The notes below the pieces were generated by a model, which saw nothing but the letters and a program-made list of their open reading frames with translations, ran no database searches and was not told where the DNA came from. Shown here in pieces: positions 9,015 to 16,900 of a stretch of 49,657 bases of DNA. The DNA lies in NCBI GenBank assembly GCA_002702965.1, contig PADE01000179.1:1-49657 (forward strand). The letters are read 5' to 3'. The DNA comes from Planctomycetaceae bacterium (GTDB lineage Bacteria > Planctomycetota > Planctomycetia > Pirellulales > Pirellulaceae). The first letter of the stretch is position 1. Each line of letters begins with the position of its first letter. The position numbers were made by a program, and so were the translations under genes.

Positions 9015-10187
9015 TTACCTTTGATAAGCCGGTAGAAAGTGCATGTAGATCTCCAACACGAGCGTGGCCATGCTGGTCCAGTAAACCTTGTTCGGACCGA
9101 CGACGTTGGCTCCTTCGGAGCCGCCCGGGCTGTCCCAACTGCCGTCGGCGTTCTGTTTTTCTAGCAGCAACTCTCGGATACGGGGATGCCAGTTGGCCCA
9201 GTGTTGACCGCCCGCCTGATAGGTGGCCTGAATAGCATAATAATGGAAGTAATACCAATAGCTGATGCCGCCGCCGGTACCCCACTCGACGGGTAGCGAG
9301 GACAAGTAGTCCAGACCCTTGGAAACCGTAGGATCGTCATAATAGCCTAAGAGCTGCAGCGATACGATCCCGGCGGCCGTCACCGGTGGTTTGCGGCTGG
9401 GGCCCTGGTAACCGTAGCCGCCTTTGGGATCTGCACAGGAACGGACATAGTTGACAGCTTTTTCGATCGTCTCCTCAGGGACGGGGATCTCGGCGTTGTT
9501 GGCGGCGCGCAACGCCATGATTTGCATCACCGTGACACTGAGATCTTGGTCACTCGGATTCGGCTGATAGCGCCAGCCTCCCTTGGGTGACTGGCAGCGG
9601 ATCATCAAATCGACAGCCTTGCGGAGCTTAGCCTCGAGTTCTGGGTCGGGGTCCATTCCGTACAATTCAGCCATTGCCAACGTGGCCAGACCCTGCTGGT
9701 ACATCGGCCCCGATCCGGCGTTGCGCTGGGGCACAAACACCCCCTGTTCGTTTTGGGTGCGGAGCACAAACCGCTTCCCTTTTTCCAGAACGTCGCGGTA
9801 GCGGCCGCGCCCCGGTACGTGCCCGCGCCCCATAAAAGCCAGCAGCGCCAACGCGTTGGGCGCGTTGTTGCCATCCCAGGCGCCGTCGGGGCGCTGCTGG
9901 GTGACCAGGTACTCCAACGACCGGTCGACCGCTCCGCGGACGCGCTCCACGACTCGAGCCTCGGTAAGGATCTCTGCGGAACTCGATTTTCCCGAAGCCG
10001 GTGTCTCGGCTTCCCCTTGAGCTTGCAGGGGCGGCTGCCGCAGTCCATGTCGTGGCAGCGCGATGCCACACACGATCGCCAGGAGCGTCAATCCCATCAG
10101 CCACGGTGTGCGTCGCGCTGCCCGCACGGAGCGCGGACCACCATGCGGTTGTCGGTCATTCGGTTGTCGGTGTTTGACAGAGTCCAT
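9015..10187 (-). CDS. Prenyltransferase/squalene-oxidase-repeat (terpenoid-cyclase alpha/alpha-barrel fold) protein, N-terminally anchored
   Basis: 390 aa with a TM anchor PWLMGLTLLAIVCGIAL. Repeats of the type QQRPDGAWDG, CQSPKGGWRY, ADPKGGYGY and KQNADGSWDS are typical of this fold. The ATG at 10185-10187 overlaps the upstream TAA (TAATG). Confidence 0.8.
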   Translation of the reverse strand: MDSVKHRQPNDRQPHGGPRSVRAARRTPWLMGLTLLAIVCGIALPRHGLRQPPLQAQGEAETPASGKSSSAEILTEARVVERVRGAVDRSLEYLVTQQRPDGAWDGNNAPNALALLAFMGRGHVPGRGRYRDVLEKGKRFVLRTQNEQGVFVPQRNAGSGPMYQQGLATLAMAELYGMDPDPELEAKLRKAVDLMIRCQSPKGGWRYQPNPSDQDLSVTVMQIMALRAANNAEIPVPEETIEKAVNYVRSCADPKGGYGYQGPSRKPPVTAAGIVSLQLLGYYDDPTVSKGLDYLSSLPVEWGTGGGISYWYYFHYYAIQATYQAGGQHWANWHPRIRELLLEKQNADGSWDSPGGSEGANVVGPNKVYWTSMATLVLEIYMHFLPAYQR

Positions 10188-12595
10188 TACGAAAGTCCCA
10201 TCAGGCGGCGGATGCCGACGTCGAGTGTGTATGTCAAAACCAGGATTAAGAGGATTAGCCAGTTGTCCCAGAGCGTCGCTTCACGGTGCAACTGGCGCTC
10301 CTCGGGGGCGCGTTTTTCGAGTTGTTCGGGGATCGTGTCGAGCTCGTCCAAGTCGACGATTTGTCCCCCCGTGGTACTCGCTAACAACTCCAGCTGCGGG
10401 CGGTTCACATTCGGATTGCGGTACTCCTCGGGCGCGATCAAGACTTGCAGCGAAGTCTCCACCGTCTCTGATCCATCGGGGGGCGAGAACACCAGGCGGT
10501 GTTTGCCAGCGTCGCGCGGCGTGAAGTTTCCCGTGTAGCGTCCCTCGCGGTTTGGATCGGACTCCAGCGTCAGCGTTTCGCGGGTCCCGGGGCTCAATAG
10601 GAGAACTTTCTGCTGGGCCCCTTTCAGCGGCGCACCGCTGGGGGAAAAGGCGAGCAATTCGAGCTGCGCTTCTTCTCCGGGCTGAGCCCGAACAGGGCGC
10701 ACTTTGAATTGTGTTTTTTGGCTTGCTTGGTCGTCCTGACGACTCACAAAACGGAGTGCTTGTCCCCAGAATTTGTAGAAGAAACGATCGCCGACGTTTT
10801 GTCGCCATAACCAGGTAGAATCGGTTCCAACAAACATCACCTTGCCGTCACCCGCGTAATGCCAGGCGATCAACGGCATTTCGCGGATTCCACCCTCTTC
10901 ACGGATCGGGTTGACTGCTAGTGCAGTGGCTGCCGGCTGGAGCCGGTCTACCGCGGCGCACCAGAAATAGTCAGGCATTTCACGCCAGACATTTTGGTTG
11001 CGCCCCGGATCGTCGTACAACCGCATCGTTTCGTGGATGATGCCGGCCGGCGTGACTTCCAGCCGAAAAGGATCATACACCGGGGCCTCGATGCCGCGAT
11101 TACCGGCGCTGAGGACCACAGGGAGAAGATGCTGTACGACGGGGCCGTAACGGTGCGGCATCGATTCGGTACCCGCAGAGACGATCAGACCGACCCCCTC
11201 CTCTTCCACTCCTTTGGCCAGGAGGTCGCAGAACTCGGGTGTCAGCATTGCCGGTGAAGCGTCACCGATCATGATCGTGTCGTACTCGGCCAGTTCCTCC
11301 AGCGTACGCGGCAACGCAGCCTGTTGGGCGGGTGTCGGCAATCGCCGCCATTCGGTTTCGACAACGACTTCTGGCTGTTCTCCTTTGCGACCAGCTAGGC
11401 CGTGATCCCGCCGAATCGCATTCTTGATAAAGCGAAAATCCCAGCGGGGAAAGCCGTCGATCAGCAGGACGCGCAATTTTTCTTCGCTGATTTGCACAAA
11501 CGCGGAGTCCGTGTTGTTGGCGTGTAGCGCTTCATCTTCTTCTTTCAGCGGAGGGACGTCGACCGTCAACAGGCGTTCTCCGGCTTGTTTGGCTTCGAAC
11601 GTCAGCTCGAGGTGCTGGTGCTCGCTGTCGCGAACCACCGCTTCCTTGCTGGCCAGGACCTCGTCGCCCTCCTTCAAATTGACCTTGACCGGACGGTTGT
11701 CGAATCCCTGAGACGCCAGCGTGACGTGGACGCTCACCATGTCCCCCACGGCTACCTGGCCGCTGGTGTACACGTCCACAATCGAGACGTCTTGCATCGG
11801 CTGACTGGAACCAAGAGGTGCCGCGAAAATGCGACTTTCTGCGGCGGCAGCGGCGCGGGCGGCCAACGAGGGCGACCGTCCACCCGTGTTCTGTCCATCA
11901 GAGAGCAGTAAGATGCCGGACACGTACTGACCGGCGGCGTCATCGAGCACGTGAAAGATCGCGTCCCCCAGATGCGACGCGTTGCCGATCCCGGTGACCC
12001 CTTCTTCGGCGGCCTGTTCGCTATCATCGGCCGTGATCGAGACCGGGGTTACCTGGCGAGAAAACCCGTAGTAACGGATCTCGAATTCGTCCCCCAGTGG
12101 CTCGATTAATTGCGGCTGCGCGCTCTTGATAACGGTCTGCGCCAACTCGGAGCGGGCGATCCGGTTGAGCGCCTTGCGGGTCTCGGGAGCGACTTTGCCA
12201 TCGGTCGTCGCGTAGCCGGCTGCCGTCGCCACCTTGACCAATTTCTCATTGGAGAGAAATGGACCGGCCGGCAGACGCATGCTCTGCGATTGATCCAGCA
12301 GCACCGCCAGGATCGGCTTGCGCTGTTCGCGGTGATCGAGCTTTAGGTAAGGGCCGGACAACACGCCTAGCAGCACCGCCAGAATCAAGATCCGGGTCAC
12401 ACTCAGCGCCACACGGTACTTTTTGGGGATCGTGGCGAGGTTTTCCCGCTGACGGCGGTAGATGAAGTAACCGGCCGGGATGAGCAGGATCAAGCTGACC
12501 CACAGCACCATCGGCCTCTGGAAGGCCAGTGAAACCTTGTCGAGGTTGTTGACCACCTCGTCCGTGACACCGATTGAGCGAAGAAAACTTTCCAT
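10187..12595 (-). CDS. Membrane-anchored VWA-like + GATase1-like domain protein (full-length paralog of 1..1787)
   Basis: 802 aa with ATG at 12593-12595. Two N-terminal TM helices, MIDAS AVLLDQSQSM, SGILLLSDGQNTGG, a GATase-like block LRVLLIDGFPRWDFRFIKNAI...YDTIMIGD, and a C-terminal TM WLILLILVLTYTLDVGI. Confidence 0.8.
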   Translation of the reverse strand: MESFLRSIGVTDEVVNNLDKVSLAFQRPMVLWVSLILLIPAGYFIYRRQRENLATIPKKYRVALSVTRILILAVLLGVLSGPYLKLDHREQRKPILAVLLDQSQSMRLPAGPFLSNEKLVKVATAAGYATTDGKVAPETRKALNRIARSELAQTVIKSAQPQLIEPLGDEFEIRYYGFSRQVTPVSITADDSEQAAEEGVTGIGNASHLGDAIFHVLDDAAGQYVSGILLLSDGQNTGGRSPSLAARAAAAAESRIFAAPLGSSQPMQDVSIVDVYTSGQVAVGDMVSVHVTLASQGFDNRPVKVNLKEGDEVLASKEAVVRDSEHQHLELTFEAKQAGERLLTVDVPPLKEEDEALHANNTDSAFVQISEEKLRVLLIDGFPRWDFRFIKNAIRRDHGLAGRKGEQPEVVVETEWRRLPTPAQQAALPRTLEELAEYDTIMIGDASPAMLTPEFCDLLAKGVEEEGVGLIVSAGTESMPHRYGPVVQHLLPVVLSAGNRGIEAPVYDPFRLEVTPAGIIHETMRLYDDPGRNQNVWREMPDYFWCAAVDRLQPAATALAVNPIREEGGIREMPLIAWHYAGDGKVMFVGTDSTWLWRQNVGDRFFYKFWGQALRFVSRQDDQASQKTQFKVRPVRAQPGEEAQLELLAFSPSGAPLKGAQQKVLLLSPGTRETLTLESDPNREGRYTGNFTPRDAGKHRLVFSPPDGSETVETSLQVLIAPEEYRNPNVNRPQLELLASTTGGQIVDLDELDTIPEQLEKRAPEERQLHREATLWDNWLILLILVLTYTLDVGIRRLMGLS

Positions 12596-12643
12596 CGACG
12601 TTCCGTTCTTGTACGGCCGATCTCGCGGCGGCGCGGGCGATGA

Positions 12644-15600
12644 CTACTTTTTAGGTGCTTGGACTTTGGAGAGTTTGCGGAAATACTCCCGGACAAATTC
12701 GCGGTAGCCCTCTGGACCACCCTTCTTGAGGCTCTGTAGCAAGTCCTCGCGCTGGCGTTTTTGCATCCCGATGATCACCGTCCGGGTTCTCACATCGAAA
12801 GCCCCCAGCTCCTCGACGATGGCGTCGACGACCGCCGTGGCGTTTGTCGATTCGCTGAGCTGATTTGTTGAAGGCGGCGGTGGCGGCGCTGGCTGGGGCT
12901 GCTGACCATCAGGGGGTGGCGTTTGCGATTGCCCAGATTGGCTGAGCATCTGCTGCAGGCGTTGGAGCATCGAGCGGGCCGACTGCATGTCCTGAGACTG
13001 CATCATCTGTTCGAGCTGGTTCATCTGGCTGGGCGTGAGAGGTTGGTTGGCCAGGTTCTCTAATTGCTCGAGCATCTGATCGAGCGTATCCTTGTCGGCG
13101 CCCAGTGCCCGTTGCGCCTGGTCGAGTTCCTCGACGCGGCCGAACTGACGAGAACGCATTTGCTGCCGTTCTTCCTCGCCTTCGCCATTCTTCTCCGCTT
13201 GCATCATCTGTTCTTTCAGGTCGCGAAGCTTTTCCGCAAACCGCGGATCCATCTTGGGAACCGGGCCCCCCAGCGCGGGAAGGAATAGCTCCGGCTCCTC
13301 TTCGAATTCCTCGGCGTCCTCCTCACCCTCCTGTTCGGGCTGGTCCTCGTTCTTTTCGCCGTCTTCCGGTTCCGCCGCCGTATCCAGTTCTTTGGGCGGT
13401 ACCAAGTATGAATCGCGCTCGGGGTCATAAGGGCGTCCCGGGAAACGGGGTGGTTGCCGCATCGAGCGCAGCTGCTCGAGTAGATCGCGGACGTCCGCCA
13501 ATTCGTCTTCCGATTCAGAGTCGAGCTGCTCCTGCTCCTCCTTGATGGCATCGAAGCCGCGCTCGGAGAGGTCCTTGGTGGCGTCTTCGAGCAGCTCCTC
13601 TTGGTTGCCTTGCAAGGCTTCCAGATCGGCGCGTTTGGCTTCCAGGAAGTCGCGCAACTCGGACAGATCCGAGGCGGTCAGCTGGGCATCCTGCTGCATC
13701 AGGTCACTGCGCAGATCGGAGAGTGCCGTGTCAACGTCCAGGCGGCTTTCCGCTTGCGCGTCGGCGAGCGATTCCAGTCGCTTCTGTAGGTCGTCCAGGT
13801 TTTTCTGTAACTGTTCACTTTGGCGCTCGATGTTCTCCAGTTGGGGATCCGTCTGTTGTGGCTGCGCGGCGGCCTGGGCCTGGTTGGCCAATTGTTGCAT
13901 TGGCTCAACCGCCAGGTTCTGAAAAGCCTCCTGCATGGCCGCCAGTTGACGGGTAATTTCCGGCGGCAGAAACGCCTGGGTATTGGCTTGTTCGGACAAC
14001 TGCTTAAGGTCGTTTGCGACCTGTTGCCCGAGCTCGACATTCTTCGTTTCATCCGCCGCCAACTGGGTGAGCTCGCCGCGTAACGCTTCGTGCTCCTTGG
14101 TGGCTTCCTCGTCCAACTCCAGCGGAGCTGGCTTGGCCTGTGGATCGGCCGGATCGACCTTTTCCTGCGCCTCGGCCGCGGCGGCTTCGAGTTTCTCGGT
14201 CAACGGTTGGTACTTCTCGACCAACTGGCTGCTCGTTTCGCGGATCTTCTCCTGCTCGGCGATCAGCTTGATGAGCTTCTCGCGAAACGTGTCGGTCTGC
14301 TGTTCGTACTGTTGGAACGTCTTGTCCGCGGCCTGGCTCTCGTCGGCTAGGCGAATGGTGAAATCGCGGGAGGTGGCACTCTGAGGTTTGCCGTCCCGAA
14401 CGACGACTCGATATTTGAGGCTTTGGCCGACCGCGAGTTCCTCTTCGGCCAAGTCCAGGGTAACCACCCGGGTGACCGACCGCGGGGGCTGGTCGAAGCG
14501 CTGGACGAGACGTCCTTGGAAGGGCTCCTCCTCCCCTTTTTGAACCGCCAATTCGATTTGGTCGATGCCGTAATCATCGCTGGCGCGAAGGTGAATGTTC
14601 ACTTTGACCGGGGCGCTGACGACGAGGTCCATCCCCGGCCGTTCGATATCGACCCACGGAGACTGGTCGATGATCGCCTCCAGCTTGCCCTCTTCCATCT
14701 GCTGGTTCTTGTCACCCGCCTGGTTGTACAGTTCAACGCGGTAGAAACCGTCTTTGAGCAAAGAAAACTCACCCGCCCAGCGACTGCGCTGTTCGGCAGA
14801 CGGCTCGCTCGGCAGCGGGTCACTGCCCGATCCCTGTGCGCTGGCACCGCTGGCACCGCGATCCGATCGGTCGCCCAGAGAGTCGGCGTCCGCGGCAAGC
14901 TGCTTGACGAGGAAGCGATCGGTCGGAGTCAGCACTCGCACCATGCGGGCGGTCGGCGGCAGGGTTCCGGTGGCGCCCCAGATACAATGGCCTCCGACCA
15001 GTCGAAAACGCATTCCCTGAAGACGTTTCCCGGTCAATCCGACCAGGTCGGTGGGAATCTCCAGTTGGACCACACGGCCCGCTTCGGGGAGCTTGCCGAA
15101 CGACCGCCGACTGGGAGACCCCAGGGTTCCCTCCGCGATTTTGTCAGCGCCCCAGAAGGCGCGATGTTCCCAGTTTTCACCGTCGTGCCACTCGAGCATG
15201 ATCTGTTCTGGGACCTGACCGGCGATCAGCCGTACGTTGACGAACAGGACTTCGTCGGGTTGGACGAGATACCCCACGGGGACGCCGGTGAACCCGTGTG
15301 CGTGGGGCCCCGCGGCCGGTGCGTCAAAATGACCCTTGTGACCCATCGCCTTGTCATCCCATTGCCAGGTTCCCTCGACGGTCGCGCCCTCCGGCAACGC
15401 ATCGGAGAACCAGATTCGCTCGGGTCGATCCGTGACCGCCACACGCGTCAGGCGTGGTTCGAGCAGGACGATTTCCCCCCCCGCCGTGTCCCCTTCGACA
15501 TCGACGATGATCTTGACCTTGCTCCCCTTGGGGCCGGTCACGTCCTTGGTTTGGGGGGCGCCCAGTCGGGGCTCTGTGATTTTCATGTACTCGGGATAAG

Positions 15601-16618
15601 AGAGTTCCGTCTGGAGGTTCACGATCCGCGGCCGTTCGAGCATCGTGACCTGATATTGGGGCGTCCAGGTTTGGCCACCGCGGACGCGGTAGCGAAAGTC
15701 GCGTTGCATACCGACCAGTGAGAAGCTGGTCTGATCGACGGTTGCCAGCTGATCTCCTTCGCCCGAGGTTTCGACCTTAATGAGCGCCGGAAAATCATGC
15801 ACAAGCTTCTTCGGAGCGCCGTCTTCGTCGGTGGTTTCGACCTCCAGCGTCAGCGCGTCCCTCTCCAGCAGTGCCGAGTCACTCCCCTTGGTTACGGTGA
15901 CAGTGAAGTGGACGTTTTCGCCACGCAGCTTCTGATCGTTCCCCGGCTCCTGCTTCTCACCAGTGACCACTTGGTAGCCGACACCGGAGTTGGGCGGAAT
16001 GTCACGGTAGAAATAGACGATGCGGGCTACGGCGGTCGAGAGGCGATCGGAAAACACGACGAACGCCAAGATCAATGCAACGCTGGCGACCGCAGCGAAA
16101 ATTGCGGATCTCCGCAGACTGAGCAGGTCGAGTACTTTGCGCGGACTAAAGTCAGCAATCCGCTTAAGCGCCTCGTCGACCAATCGGACGTGAAACGCCT
16201 GCGAGTGCAGACCCTTCCGACTGTCTCCATTACGGGACAGATCGATACAACTGACCAAGCGGTTGTGGATCCCGGGAATTTCGCGTTCGATGTGGCGGGC
16301 CACAATCACTTCAGTCAAGCGGCGAAACAAGGGGCGTATCACTCCCAGATAGCAGACCCAGACCGTCGGGATCACGACGCACAAAAAGCCCGTCAGACGC
16401 AACCACGAGGGGAGGGTGTAGACCACCAGGTCGGTGAGCGTGACCACAACCAACGTCGCCAGCAGCAACCCCACGGTGACGCCCACACCGGTTGCCAGCC
16501 AGGTTGTCTTGAGCAACACCCGGGTGTGTTGAATCAGCTGCGTAATCTTCGAGGTATCAGGCGGGCCCGAAGGGTCCGGTGATTGGTCCGAAGGTGTGTT
16601 TGCAGATAAGCCAGCCAT
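12644..16618 (-). CDS. Giant DUF4175-like membrane protein: N-terminal TM hairpin, beta-rich middle, about 560-aa acidic/Gln-rich coiled-coil tail
   Basis: 1324 aa with ATG at 16616-16618. TM pair LATGVGVTVGLLLATLVVVTL and LRLTGFLCVVIPTVWVCYLGV, followed by ARHIEREIPGIHNRLVSCIDL. The C-terminal 563 aa (12647..14335) are heptad-like and E/D/Q-rich with a PAPPPPPS stretch, ending GPEGYREFVREYFRKLSK. The DUF4175/TIGR02302 resemblance is recalled from memory, not searched. Confidence 0.75.
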   Translation of the reverse strand: MAGLSANTPSDQSPDPSGPPDTSKITQLIQHTRVLLKTTWLATGVGVTVGLLLATLVVVTLTDLVVYTLPSWLRLTGFLCVVIPTVWVCYLGVIRPLFRRLTEVIVARHIEREIPGIHNRLVSCIDLSRNGDSRKGLHSQAFHVRLVDEALKRIADFSPRKVLDLLSLRRSAIFAAVASVALILAFVVFSDRLSTAVARIVYFYRDIPPNSGVGYQVVTGEKQEPGNDQKLRGENVHFTVTVTKGSDSALLERDALTLEVETTDEDGAPKKLVHDFPALIKVETSGEGDQLATVDQTSFSLVGMQRDFRYRVRGGQTWTPQYQVTMLERPRIVNLQTELSYPEYMKITEPRLGAPQTKDVTGPKGSKVKIIVDVEGDTAGGEIVLLEPRLTRVAVTDRPERIWFSDALPEGATVEGTWQWDDKAMGHKGHFDAPAAGPHAHGFTGVPVGYLVQPDEVLFVNVRLIAGQVPEQIMLEWHDGENWEHRAFWGADKIAEGTLGSPSRRSFGKLPEAGRVVQLEIPTDLVGLTGKRLQGMRFRLVGGHCIWGATGTLPPTARMVRVLTPTDRFLVKQLAADADSLGDRSDRGASGASAQGSGSDPLPSEPSAEQRSRWAGEFSLLKDGFYRVELYNQAGDKNQQMEEGKLEAIIDQSPWVDIERPGMDLVVSAPVKVNIHLRASDDYGIDQIELAVQKGEEEPFQGRLVQRFDQPPRSVTRVVTLDLAEEELAVGQSLKYRVVVRDGKPQSATSRDFTIRLADESQAADKTFQQYEQQTDTFREKLIKLIAEQEKIRETSSQLVEKYQPLTEKLEAAAAEAQEKVDPADPQAKPAPLELDEEATKEHEALRGELTQLAADETKNVELGQQVANDLKQLSEQANTQAFLPPEITRQLAAMQEAFQNLAVEPMQQLANQAQAAAQPQQTDPQLENIERQSEQLQKNLDDLQKRLESLADAQAESRLDVDTALSDLRSDLMQQDAQLTASDLSELRDFLEAKRADLEALQGNQEELLEDATKDLSERGFDAIKEEQEQLDSESEDELADVRDLLEQLRSMRQPPRFPGRPYDPERDSYLVPPKELDTAAEPEDGEKNEDQPEQEGEEDAEEFEEEPELFLPALGGPVPKMDPRFAEKLRDLKEQMMQAEKNGEGEEERQQMRSRQFGRVEELDQAQRALGADKDTLDQMLEQLENLANQPLTPSQMNQLEQMMQSQDMQSARSMLQRLQQMLSQSGQSQTPPPDGQQPQPAPPPPPSTNQLSESTNATAVVDAIVEELGAFDVRTRTVIIGMQKRQREDLLQSLKKGGPEGYREFVREYFRKLSKVQAPKK

Positions 16619-16766
16619 GGTTCTGCTCTCTCCCAGGGTCTACCCTGTTTCGCCACGAGGACTTGGTGTTGGTCGCCCGCTCCCATGCGGTGGCCGGTGG
16701 CGCCCGTCAGAGACGTGTCACGCGCTGCGCGCCGACCAATCAAGCTTCCTTTATCTATGCAGTGCT

Positions 16767-16795
16767 ATTTGACAAGCGTACCCGGCGCGTGTCAA
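16767..16795 (-). promoter_or_regulatory. Candidate sigma70-type promoter for the DUF4175-like gene
   Basis: The minus strand reads TTGACA (16795-16790), 17 nt, then TCAAAT (16772-16767), about 140 nt upstream of the ATG at 16618 and inside the 282-nt spacer. The same region forms the inverted repeat TTGACA-N15-TGTCAA (16769..16795). Confidence 0.3.
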
Positions 16796-16900
16796 CAAAA
16801 TCTCGAGTTGACGGCCCCCGAACGGCCTCCAGATCCGCGTTTCCCCTTTTCCTGGCTTAACAAATCCACAGCTGGGGCAACGGTTCCGCTGGCCATTGAT

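Noticed and set aside
14423-16582. Long plus-strand ORFs (14423..15721, 432 aa; 15797..16582, 261 aa) opposite the 1324-aa gene.
   Set aside because: They are antisense to a coherent 3.9-kb reading frame, have low-information composition, and have no ribosome-binding site or domain signal.
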